Position numbers and translations under genes: made by a program. A DNA stretch of 33,064 nucleotides from Candidatus Roizmanbacteria bacterium (lineage in GTDB: Bacteria > Patescibacteriota > Microgenomatia > UBA1406 > GWC2-37-13), in the NCBI GenBank assembly GCA_027002315.1, contig JALWZV010000088.1:1-33064 (forward strand). The letters are read 5' to 3'. The notes under the pieces were generated by a model, which worked only from the letters and a program-made list of their open reading frames with translations, ran no database searches and had not been told where the DNA came from. This document shows positions 24,273 through 31,928 of the stretch, piece after piece (the first letter of the stretch is position 1; the number at the start of each line of letters is the position of its first letter).

Positions 24273-26413
24273 TTTTCTTCCTCAACTAATTGACTAGGAT
24301 CATCAAAAACATGTCTTAAAACTTCTCCTGTTTCAGGATTATAAAGTTCTCTCTTATGGCGTTGATTAGCTTGTCTAACTGTACCAAAGAGTTGGTCAGA
24401 TAAGAGTTCTCCTGTGCGTTCATCCCTCGTTCCATAAAGATTTCTCGAAAATTCTTGAGGAGTAATATTACCAGATAACAACTGTCTAACCAAAGTTTTT
24501 AATTGAGAATTATCTCCGTTGGATATAAAGTAAAACGCTTCTATCAAATCATGAGATAGTTGAGCAGATGGGAGGATAATAGGACGGTCTTCTCCTACCA
24601 TGTGTGGCAAAGCATTATTAAAAAAATCTTCTGCATTAGATTCGTAAACAACAGGCGTTCCTGATGCTACTCTTCTTCCTTCCCACCACTCATCAGGATT
24701 AGACGCCTGAACTAATAAGTTTATTATCTGTGTTGCTTGGTTTGTGCTTACTCCTTCATTGAGAAGACCTTTCTCTTTCATAGTTGCAACTAATTTTCTT
24801 GCATCATCCCAAAGAGTCCAACCGGGATATATCTTATCTTTACCTTTATTTAAAACGATTCCTTTAAAAAGATCTGGTTTCGCTCGTTCCTTTTTCAACT
24901 GCCTAATCTCGTCTCCTTCTTCACTTCCATCAGAATCACCACCAATACCTTTTAACCCGCCAGGAATTTCTTCATCTCCTGGGTTACTAGAAGAGCTCAA
25001 AACTCTGCTGCCCGAATTTAACCTTCCACCGCCTTGATGTCCTTCAGAAATAGGCGGAGCAGAAGGAGGAGAAGGTGGCTGAGAAATAGGTTGAACTTGA
25101 ATATCAGAACTGGATTTCAATACTACAGCCAGCAGTACAGGAACTAAAACCTTAACAAGCCTTGGAAGCTTACTTTTTCTTCCCGCCTCTTCATATGTCT
25201 CAACACATTCCATAGCTTTTTCTCTTTCCTCTTCAGTCATCTCTTCAGGCTCTGTCGAAAGCTCTCCTTCTGACTTACGGAGTCCTTTTAACACATCTTT
25301 TATCTTTTGTAAAATACCTTTTGAAGACTCTTTTGAGTCACTTTCAATTTTCTCTCTCGATTCTGGCTGGCCTTTTTTGTTATCTGGCCATGTTGTTGAA
25401 CTTGGCTGTATTTTTATCTCAGGTTTAGTTTTTTTCTTCCTAAGATAAGGTGGAACCTCACGCGCTACACGCATTGTTATATCCAATTGATCTGCCTCCA
25501 TCAAACTAACATAGCCAGTTTCAGTCTTGTACAAAGCAAAAAATAAGTCTCTCCGTAATTCATCTACATAATCAGATGTCTCCAAAAATTTATCATACTC
25601 GTTAAAAGGTCTAATAAGTCTTTTGCTATTTTCTCCTATCTTCACATGCAGAACCTTTAATTTTTCTCCGTCTTTAAACTCTGGATAAGCAACAACAATT
25701 GTTCCCTCGGGCAAGTCATCTACCTTTCCTTTTAGCGACAGAAATTCTTTCTCGGGAAGAACTAGAACTTTATAACCATCTCGGGGGTCATTAATTCCAA
25801 CTCCACCAGACAAAGACCACTCTCTCTCTAAAGCACGGATATTCTTGCCATTGGTTAACTGTAAATCGTATAAATTTCCAAACCCCGTTGGTCTCTCTAA
25901 TGTTGTAAGTGTTTTATCCAAACGCGCTTGCAACGGCTCTATATATACACGACATCCAGGTATTACCAGAGGATCACGTTCCTCAGATTCCCATCGATAC
26001 AACTCGTACTTACGCCCATATCCAACACGGTCTTGTCTTATTTTTTCTAGCATCTGTCTAAATATAGGCTGAATCATTCCTCTACGGCCTTTGGGACGAC
26101 CATTGTCATCAAAATCATCAGCAAAACTATATGTACGCAAACGTGACTCTCCTTTCTTGGTTTTATCAGGAACAATTTGTACACGAGCATAATATTCAAA
26201 TATTCCTTCTTTTTGCGCATATGCTTTCATTCCCCATTCAGCAGGCAAATTGAATAAATTAAAACCCCTGGCTATATCCCTTTTCAAAGGAGGTATGAGA
26301 GTAGTCTCACGTACACTCGGTACTTTTATTCCTTTCTCCTCTAGCTTTACAATTAATTCTTTTCTAGGAGAAACTACGCTTTTTTCTAAATGTGTGTTTT
26401 GGTGTTGTTCCAT
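24269..26413 (-). CDS. Large bitopic membrane protein of unknown function
   Basis: 714-aa ORF. About 330 aa of unassigned N-terminal domain, an acidic/Lys-rich linker, a single TM 'LVKVLVPVLLAVVL' preceded by 'GRKSKLPR', a Pro/Ser/Gly-rich spacer 'QPISQPPSPPSAPPISEGHQGGG', and about 230 aa of C-terminal domain. Noticeably more GC-rich than its neighbours. Confidence 0.6.
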   Translation of the reverse strand: MEQHQNTHLEKSVVSPRKELIVKLEEKGIKVPSVRETTLIPPLKRDIARGFNLFNLPAEWGMKAYAQKEGIFEYYARVQIVPDKTKKGESRLRTYSFADDFDDNGRPKGRRGMIQPIFRQMLEKIRQDRVGYGRKYELYRWESEERDPLVIPGCRVYIEPLQARLDKTLTTLERPTGFGNLYDLQLTNGKNIRALEREWSLSGGVGINDPRDGYKVLVLPEKEFLSLKGKVDDLPEGTIVVAYPEFKDGEKLKVLHVKIGENSKRLIRPFNEYDKFLETSDYVDELRRDLFFALYKTETGYVSLMEADQLDITMRVAREVPPYLRKKKTKPEIKIQPSSTTWPDNKKGQPESREKIESDSKESSKGILQKIKDVLKGLRKSEGELSTEPEEMTEEEREKAMECVETYEEAGRKSKLPRLVKVLVPVLLAVVLKSSSDIQVQPISQPPSPPSAPPISEGHQGGGRLNSGSRVLSSSSNPGDEEIPGGLKGIGGDSDGSEEGDEIRQLKKERAKPDLFKGIVLNKGKDKIYPGWTLWDDARKLVATMKEKGLLNEGVSTNQATQIINLLVQASNPDEWWEGRRVASGTPVVYESNAEDFFNNALPHMVGEDRPIILPSAQLSHDLIEAFYFISNGDNSQLKTLVRQLLSGNITPQEFSRNLYGTRDERTGELLSDQLFGTVRQANQRHKRELYNPETGEVLRHVFDDPSQLVEEEK

Positions 26414-26500
26414 TTCAACTAAAACTAAAGTTGTGCGTTTATATTTATTAATATCACAAAAATAAAACTCAACTTAAAAGCAAAAGTTTTGTTTTTTGCT

Positions 26501-26800
26501 TTATTTTTTCTTATCTAACTTATCAAGACCCAAGCCTTTTACTCCATAGTACACAACCAAAGCGATAACTAAAAAGTCGATTGTTACAGAGATAAAGTGT
26601 CCCCACATTATTTTCACCGGTCCAATACTTAAATTGTAGCTGGCTAAATCACCTACTGTTCCAAGAACAACTCCTATAACTGGGTTGATAATGTCTTGCA
26701 CTAATGACGCTACAAGTTTAGACACAGCTCCGCCCAAAATAAAACCAACTGCCAGTCCTACAACCCCTTGTTCACGAATGAAATTCATAAAACCTTTCAT
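26501..26800 (-). CDS. mscL: Large-conductance mechanosensitive channel MscL (short form, 99 aa)
   Basis: 'FMNFIREQGVVGLAVGFILGGAVSKLVASLVQDIINPVIG' parallels the MscL N-terminus, TM1 and loop. TM2 'VTIDFLVIALVVYYGV' is followed by a short basic tail only. Confidence 0.85.
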   Translation of the reverse strand: MKGFMNFIREQGVVGLAVGFILGGAVSKLVASLVQDIINPVIGVVLGTVGDLASYNLSIGPVKIMWGHFISVTIDFLVIALVVYYGVKGLGLDKLDKKK

Positions 26801-26917
26801 AATGAATTAGATATAACTGTTAATTAATTTAATCATATAATAGATGTTCTATAAAAGTCAATTAAGATTGCATATATTGTTCAACGTTTTAACATATCTA
26901 CTCATTCTTTAGTTTCT

Positions 26918-27005
26918 GCGGAGGAGGTGGGATTCGAACCCACGTGAGCTTATACAGCTCGCAGGTTTAGCAAACCTGTGCAATGGACCACTATGCGACT
27001 CCTCC
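26918..27005 (-). tRNA. tRNA-Ser (anticodon GCT), class II with a long variable arm
   Basis: Acceptor GGAGGAG/CTCCTCC. Anticodon stem CAGGT/ACCTG with loop TTGCTAA. Variable arm GAGCT-gtata-AGCTC. T arm GTGGG-G-TTCGAAT-CCCAC, which carries one extra G relative to the canonical geometry. No encoded CCA. Confidence 0.88.
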
Positions 27006-27134
27006 CTTATCAACCATCTGTTTTACCTTTAAAAGTTCTCTTTAAAAACTGACTGTCCTCCTTCAGTTTTTAAACTCATCGTGAAGACTAAACTCATCGC
27101 TATTCGCTCGACGTCTTGAGCTGCAGATTCTCAT

Positions 27135-27302
27135 GTCATCGCGAGCGATCCTGACTCGTCGGGAAAGCGCGGCGATCCCCGCCGGTATGGTGTTTAATAC
27201 TGATTCTTAAAGTTAATATCAACAGCCAGTCTTATTTTCATATAGGCGGAGATCACTTCGTCACTACGCCGCGCTGAGCGTGGCTTCGCTCCTCGTGATG
27301 AC
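27135..27302. repeat. GC-rich palindromic element, copy A (MITE-like or structured RNA)
   Basis: Terminal inverted repeat GTCATCGCGAG...CTCGTGATGAC. Inner complementary blocks GCGCGGCG/CGCCGCGC and GATCCCCGCC/GGCGGAGATC. AT-rich apical core. Confidence 0.6.
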
Positions 27303-27313
27303 TACTCTCTTAC

Positions 27314-27478
27314 GTCATTGCGATCCTCCGAATCGGAGAAGCCATGGCCAAGCCAGATCAGGCTCCGCCTGACAATCCTCGCCGTTATGGAATTTGATAT
27401 TAACACTCATAGCCAATCTTGCTCTCATATAGTCGGGGATCGCCACGTCGACCGATAAATCGGTCTCCTCGCAATGAC
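27314..27478. repeat. GC-rich palindromic element, copy B (diverged)
   Basis: Terminal inverted repeat GTCATTGCGA...TCGCAATGAC, extendable with TTACGT/ACGTAA. Local hairpins CTCCG-aat-CGGAG and GACCGA-taaa-TCGGTC. The apical core is homologous to that of copy A. Confidence 0.6.
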
Positions 27479-27593
27479 ATAACGTAAAATACTATGTTTA
27501 ATTATTAAGGTTCATTCTTTACTCTCATTGTTTACACATTAAACATTGATACATTAAAAATTCATTAAAAATTAGAAATTTAAAATTAAAAAT

Positions 27594-27642
27594 TATATTC
27601 GTTACTCGTTATTCGTCAATCTTTAATCATTATTCGCAATTA
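27594..27642. repeat. Degenerate 7-bp tandem tract (tatattc|gttactc|gttattc|gtcaatc|tttaatc|attattc|gcaatta)
   Basis: Seven heptamer units read directly, from the same (G/T)TTA(T/C)TC family as 295-329. Preceded by ATTAAAAATT-type A-tracts at 27553-27593. Confidence 0.55.
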
Positions 27643-27751
27643 TATTTTTTAAATACTAAATACCAATCTGTTTCCAACAAGCCAAGATTAATTCTCAAAT
27701 TATTATACCATCTCAATAACAAAATCTCAGATTGTTATATTGTAGAAAATC

Positions 27752-29029
27752 TTAAAAAATTCCTTTGAAATCACCCTTAGTAAAGGGGCCTATTACAGAG
27801 AAGTTTAGTTTGTTTATATCAAACACTTCCTTAGCAAGATTTATAACGTCTGATATTTTAACCTTCTCTATATTTGACAAAACCTCATCAACACTCAAAA
27901 CAGATTTCTCTAACAATTTTCTTCTTCCGAAAAATGATGCAACGTTGTAAGAATTCTCTAATGATAACAATGTCTTCCCTTTAATATTGCTTTTTGCCCT
28001 TTCTAATTCCTCATTCGAAACCTTACCTTTTGCAACCTTTATATGTTCGTCTATCGTTACCTTTATCGCTTCTCTAAGTTTATTCACGTCTATCGATACA
28101 CCTGCCTGCGTCACAATATATCCAGTGTCGGAATAATGATTTCTTGTTGTGTAAATATAATAACAAAGACCTCTTTTTTCTCTTACTTGCGTGAACAATC
28201 TTGAGGACATACCTCCTCCTAAAATAACCGAGAGCACAGCTAAAACATATTTTCTTTTATCAAAGAATGAGAAGGTTGGAAAGCCTAAACAAAAATGTGC
28301 CTGCTCCGTTTTCTTATTTCTAACGGTAACTTTTTTTGTTAAGTTTTTACTATCAAAAGGCCTAAAACCACCAACTTTATCATCCTTCCAATTACCAAAT
28401 TTATTGTTAATAATACTTAGATAATTTTTATAAGGCTTGTCAAAGCCTCCAGCAACAACAAGCAAGGCGTTGCTTGGTTTATAAAAGTTTTTAAGATATT
28501 TCAAAAATGTCGAACGTGTAAATTTACTCACTGTCTCTTTTTTACCAATAACCTCAAATCCTAAAGAACTACCGTTAAACATTTTGCTCTCAAAGATGTC
28601 TCTAACCTTCGCTTGCGGCATATCTTCATACATATTCATCTCCTCAATAATCACACCTTTTTCTTTCTCTATCTCTTCCTTCAAAAGTAAGGGACTAAGC
28701 AACATATCTGACAGAACATCTGTAACTCTTTCAAAGTTTTCGGCTGCAGATTTTATCCAGTACCCTGTTCTGTTTTTAGCTGTAAACGCGTTGAACTCCG
28801 CTCCCATACTCTCAATAACAGAAGATAAAACAAAACTATTGGGATATTTCTTTCCTCCCTTAAAACTCATATGCTCAAAAAAATGAGCTATGCCATTGTT
28901 CCTTGAGTTCTCATACCGGCTGCCTGCCCCGACTAAAAGAAGTGTTGTTAAGGTAGAAAAGGAGTTTGTGTCTATAAACAAAACGTTAAGATTATTTTTT
29001 AATTTATTTTCTATTATTTTTACTTTCAT
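27752..29029 (-). CDS. M16-family (insulinase/pitrilysin-like) zinc peptidase
   Basis: Inverted zinc motif HxxEH in 'GIAHFFEHMSFKG'. 425 aa with a two-lobed M16 layout. TATAAT (29037-29042) lies 7 nt before the ATG. Confidence 0.85.
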   Translation of the reverse strand: MKVKIIENKLKNNLNVLFIDTNSFSTLTTLLLVGAGSRYENSRNNGIAHFFEHMSFKGGKKYPNSFVLSSVIESMGAEFNAFTAKNRTGYWIKSAAENFERVTDVLSDMLLSPLLLKEEIEKEKGVIIEEMNMYEDMPQAKVRDIFESKMFNGSSLGFEVIGKKETVSKFTRSTFLKYLKNFYKPSNALLVVAGGFDKPYKNYLSIINNKFGNWKDDKVGGFRPFDSKNLTKKVTVRNKKTEQAHFCLGFPTFSFFDKRKYVLAVLSVILGGGMSSRLFTQVREKRGLCYYIYTTRNHYSDTGYIVTQAGVSIDVNKLREAIKVTIDEHIKVAKGKVSNEELERAKSNIKGKTLLSLENSYNVASFFGRRKLLEKSVLSVDEVLSNIEKVKISDVINLAKEVFDINKLNFSVIGPFTKGDFKGIF

Positions 29030-29036
29030 AGTAAAG

Positions 29037-29042
29037 ATTATA
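29037..29042 (-). promoter_or_regulatory. -10 box (TATAAT) 7 nt upstream of the M16 peptidase ATG
   Basis: Plus-strand attata at 29037-29042. The spacer agtaaag (29030-29036) has no Shine-Dalgarno sequence. Confidence 0.45.
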
Positions 29043-29051
29043 CTACCGCTG

Positions 29052-29075
29052 GCCCCGAACTATCGAGAACGGGGC
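29052..29075 (-). terminator. GC-rich hairpin downstream of the RRM-protein gene (possible terminator or processing site, no U-tract)
   Basis: GCCCCG (29052-29057) pairs with CGGGGC (29070-29075) across a 12-nt loop. It lies 19 nt after the stop at 29094. The following sequence is not T-rich. Confidence 0.3.
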
Positions 29076-29093
29076 ACAACGATGATTTATATT

Positions 29094-29384
29094 TTAGTAG
29101 GATCTTCCTCCACGAAAACCTCCTCTGTTATTTTCTCTTTTTGGTCTAGCTTCTGAAACTATCATTTTTCTTCCCTTGAAATCTTTTTCGCTAAACATAT
29201 CTATAGCTTTCTGTGCTTCTTCTTCTGTTTCCATCTCAACAAAACCAAATCCTTTGGAACGTCCTGTGTCACGAAAACGAATTACATTAGCAGAAACTAC
29301 ATTTCCAGCTTGTGAGAATAATTCCTTCAAATCATCATCACTTGCTTCGTAAACGAGATTACCTACATATAATTTTTTGCTCAT
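29094..29384 (-). CDS. RRM-type glycine-rich RNA-binding protein
   Basis: RNP2 'KLYVGNL', RNP1 'KGFGFVEM' and the RGG-like tail 'NNRGGFRGGRSY'. Strong Shine-Dalgarno AAGGGGGTGAT 7 nt before the ATG. Confidence 0.88.
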   Translation of the reverse strand: MSKKLYVGNLVYEASDDDLKELFSQAGNVVSANVIRFRDTGRSKGFGFVEMETEEEAQKAIDMFSEKDFKGRKMIVSEARPKRENNRGGFRGGRSY

Positions 29385-29644
29385 CTATAAATCACCCCCT
29401 TTTTATATACTGAAACTTCAAACATAATTTGCCTTTAAAGGTAGAACAAGAGGGAGAAAAAATATTTAAACCGACGGGGAAATAAAACACTAAATTCAAA
29501 TCTTTCCAAAAAGAAAATAACTAACGGCTTCAAGTATAACGAAAACCAATCGCTTTGTCAAATTAAGTATCTCTATCGTCTATTTGTATTATTATTATTA
29601 TAATTACATCTATCTTTGGATCTTTAAATAAAATCTCATCATTC

Positions 29645-31516
29645 TTAAATATCTTTTACTCTACGCATAAATGTTTTTCGCATCCAATAACTATCTATCC
29701 ACCCTCTGTTTTGTTTTAAAGACCTTACTCGGTCTTGGCAATCAATCAATTCTTGTAAAGTATGATCTTCCGTATTTCCACTCTCACACCTATCTAAAGA
29801 ATGAGGAATTAACTCATTCAAAGTACTCGTTTTCATACTTCCATGAGCTATAATTATCCTTCTTTCATTCACATCTAATAATACTACTACCCTATTCTGA
29901 CGCCCCACTAAAGAATTAGGGACATATGAAAATGCTAATATTCCTCTTGTGTGATGCAACCAATCTTCTTTCGACATTTTTTGTTTTAAATCTCCCCCAT
30001 CAAAAATTCCCGCTTCTGGAATCGATTTAAATAATTCCTCTAGTTGTTCTACTCTTTTAAACTTTTCCATATCAGCACTTCTAAAAAGAGATACGAGTGT
30101 AGGATACTCATAATGACGAAGGCGCAAAACAAACCCTCGATGTGTTCTTCCATTGCCTTTAACGTAAACAACTCTTTCTACTTGTTTATTTGCTTCAACA
30201 AATCGATTTACTAAAGATGAAAAAGCAAGAAAAGAAGTAAGATCTACCGATTTTGATTTATAGCTTATCAATTTATCTATTCTACTTCGGTCTTCACCTG
30301 TTAAGTCTGCAACCATTATGAATTGCGGAACAGGATAATCTTCATCTTTTCTCGACCCCTGCGAAAATAGATTGCTGTTATAATAGCTACCTGCTTTATC
30401 TAAAAAAGTTGATAACGACACTTGTGCTACTTGTTGACAACCATCATCTATCTCAGTGGAAACTAAATCACACTCTTCTTTCGATAATGTAAATTGAAAA
30501 AACCAGTGGTTTTTTTTATTCCAGTCTATAATTTCATCAATCTGCTCACCAAATTGTCCCTGTAACCTCTTTATTGCTTGTGAGCTATCTTTAGTTCTAC
30601 TAAGAGCATCTGGAGTGTGTATATCTATTTTCAGTGAGACTTTTTGTATTATCTCAGACTCCAAACCATACCAACCAAAAAGATGAGCAAGGTTAGCTGC
30701 TATCATTCCTCTTAAAGCTTTATCTTTACGTATCAGATCTGGATCCTTAAAGTTCTGCCAAACATCTAACACTTTCACTAAAAATAAACGAAGATAAACA
30801 GGAGAACTCAAGCCTGTCTCAAAAATTCTTCCTAAGTTAAACACCGTTTCCAAAATATCCTTTTCTTCCTTATCAGATGGTTTACTTGAATTACTAAATA
30901 CATATTTCTTAATTGCTTTATACACAGCTAAATCTTGCAAACCCTCCTCACTTGTTTCATCCACCTCTGTGCTTGTTATAGCCTGAAGCATCGTTTTCAA
31001 AGCATCGGCCTGGTTGATACTTTCACCTCCTCTTCCTCTTGGAGAAAAGACATCAAAATCCCAATCTTCCCTATAAATATCAGTTATATACTCAATCCAA
31101 TCGTTAGGTGTTGTGTTTTTATGAGATTTCGGGGCGTCCTCTGGAACATCATGAAGCCAAATTAAAACATGCAAAAGCGGGTCATCTACACCACTTTGTA
31201 AAGCTCTCTCTACCATCTCTAAATTGTGGAGGATGTAAGGAGGATGTTCCCCGTTTACAGCTTTTTTACGAAATTGATTAACATGTCCGTACTCTGCTAT
31301 CTCTATTGCCTTAAAAATCCACTCCTTGTCTTCAGGATAAATCTTGTCATTTTCTGAAATCTTATTTCTATATACCTCTAGCCTTTTTCTAAACCACTCT
31401 CCATACTCATTTTCTATTTCTTTCGCTTTTGCGCTAAGTTTATCGGAGTCAATAAAAATGTCTGGAAATTTACTATGCAATTCTCCAGGACCATTATTTC
31501 CTTGTTCTGCTACCAT
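29645..31516 (-). CDS. RelA/SpoT-homologue-like protein: (p)ppGpp-hydrolase-type HD domain plus a long divergent C-terminal region
   Basis: 'AIEIAEYGHVNQFRK..GEHPPYILHNLEMV...LIWLHDVPEDAP' follows the HD_4 pattern (H..Q.R, PY..H, HD, ED). 'AANLAHLFGWYGLESEI' resembles the RSH inter-domain helix. The C-terminal ~400 aa is not confidently assigned. Confidence 0.6.
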   Translation of the reverse strand: MVAEQGNNGPGELHSKFPDIFIDSDKLSAKAKEIENEYGEWFRKRLEVYRNKISENDKIYPEDKEWIFKAIEIAEYGHVNQFRKKAVNGEHPPYILHNLEMVERALQSGVDDPLLHVLIWLHDVPEDAPKSHKNTTPNDWIEYITDIYREDWDFDVFSPRGRGGESINQADALKTMLQAITSTEVDETSEEGLQDLAVYKAIKKYVFSNSSKPSDKEEKDILETVFNLGRIFETGLSSPVYLRLFLVKVLDVWQNFKDPDLIRKDKALRGMIAANLAHLFGWYGLESEIIQKVSLKIDIHTPDALSRTKDSSQAIKRLQGQFGEQIDEIIDWNKKNHWFFQFTLSKEECDLVSTEIDDGCQQVAQVSLSTFLDKAGSYYNSNLFSQGSRKDEDYPVPQFIMVADLTGEDRSRIDKLISYKSKSVDLTSFLAFSSLVNRFVEANKQVERVVYVKGNGRTHRGFVLRLRHYEYPTLVSLFRSADMEKFKRVEQLEELFKSIPEAGIFDGGDLKQKMSKEDWLHHTRGILAFSYVPNSLVGRQNRVVVLLDVNERRIIIAHGSMKTSTLNELIPHSLDRCESGNTEDHTLQELIDCQDRVRSLKQNRGWIDSYWMRKTFMRRVKDI

Positions 31517-31654
31517 TACTATAGGTTAACAATCAATATCGTATTATAACAAAATTTAAAAAAAGTCTCATGGTTATGTGTGTAGCATTTGATATTTTTA
31601 AAAAAGCATTATATCTCTTCGTACGGCTGCAATATTTATACAAATTTATCTACT

Positions 31655-31928
31655 TTAATAATAATTAGACTTATTGAGGTGTGAAGACGTATTAAAATAT
31701 TCTGCATTTTTGATGAGAACAACCTTTGTTTTTAGATTATTATCTATTTTTTGAACTGATTCTATAAGGAATGTATTATCGTTGTCAGAGTAAAGACATA
31801 AAACTGTTTACAACTTTGACAGGTTGCTCTATTCTCTCAAGAACAGCTAACAAAAAGATACGTCCTACGTGTCCGATGGTAATAGTATTCTTGTCTAAAT
31901 ACTTTTGATAAGGTTTAAAAACTTCAGG
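31655..31928 (-). pseudogene. Degraded ORF remnant (frame-broken, no start codon)
   Basis: On the minus strand, ...TGA-PEVFKPYQKYLDKNTITIGHVGRIFLLAVLERIEQPVKVVNSFMSLL* is followed, after a frame shift near 31795-31800, by YSDNDNTFLIESVQKIDNNLKTKVVLIKNAEYFNTSSHLNKSNYY* with its stop at 31655-31657. It lies in a 612-nt gap that otherwise lacks ORFs. Confidence 0.3.

Noticed and set aside
27044-27071. Hairpin AAAAACTGA-(10 nt)-TCAGTTTTT between tRNA-Ser and the palindromic elements, as a possible bidirectional terminator.
   Set aside because: The stem is mostly A-T with only a 5-bp mixed core, and the T-run is part of the stem rather than a trailing U-tract. This is too weak to call.
27135-27478. 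Possibility that the tandem repeats are a CRISPR array, or a tmRNA, RNase P RNA or SRP RNA gene.
   Set aside because: There are only two units, each ~165 nt long, diverged, and without unique spacers or nearby cas genes, so this is not CRISPR. No tRNA-like acceptor/T-arm end is present, so this is not tmRNA. I could not see the conserved RNase P (GGAA...ACA..A) or SRP (GGAA tetraloop / GNAR domain IV) cores. A covariance-model scan is still required.
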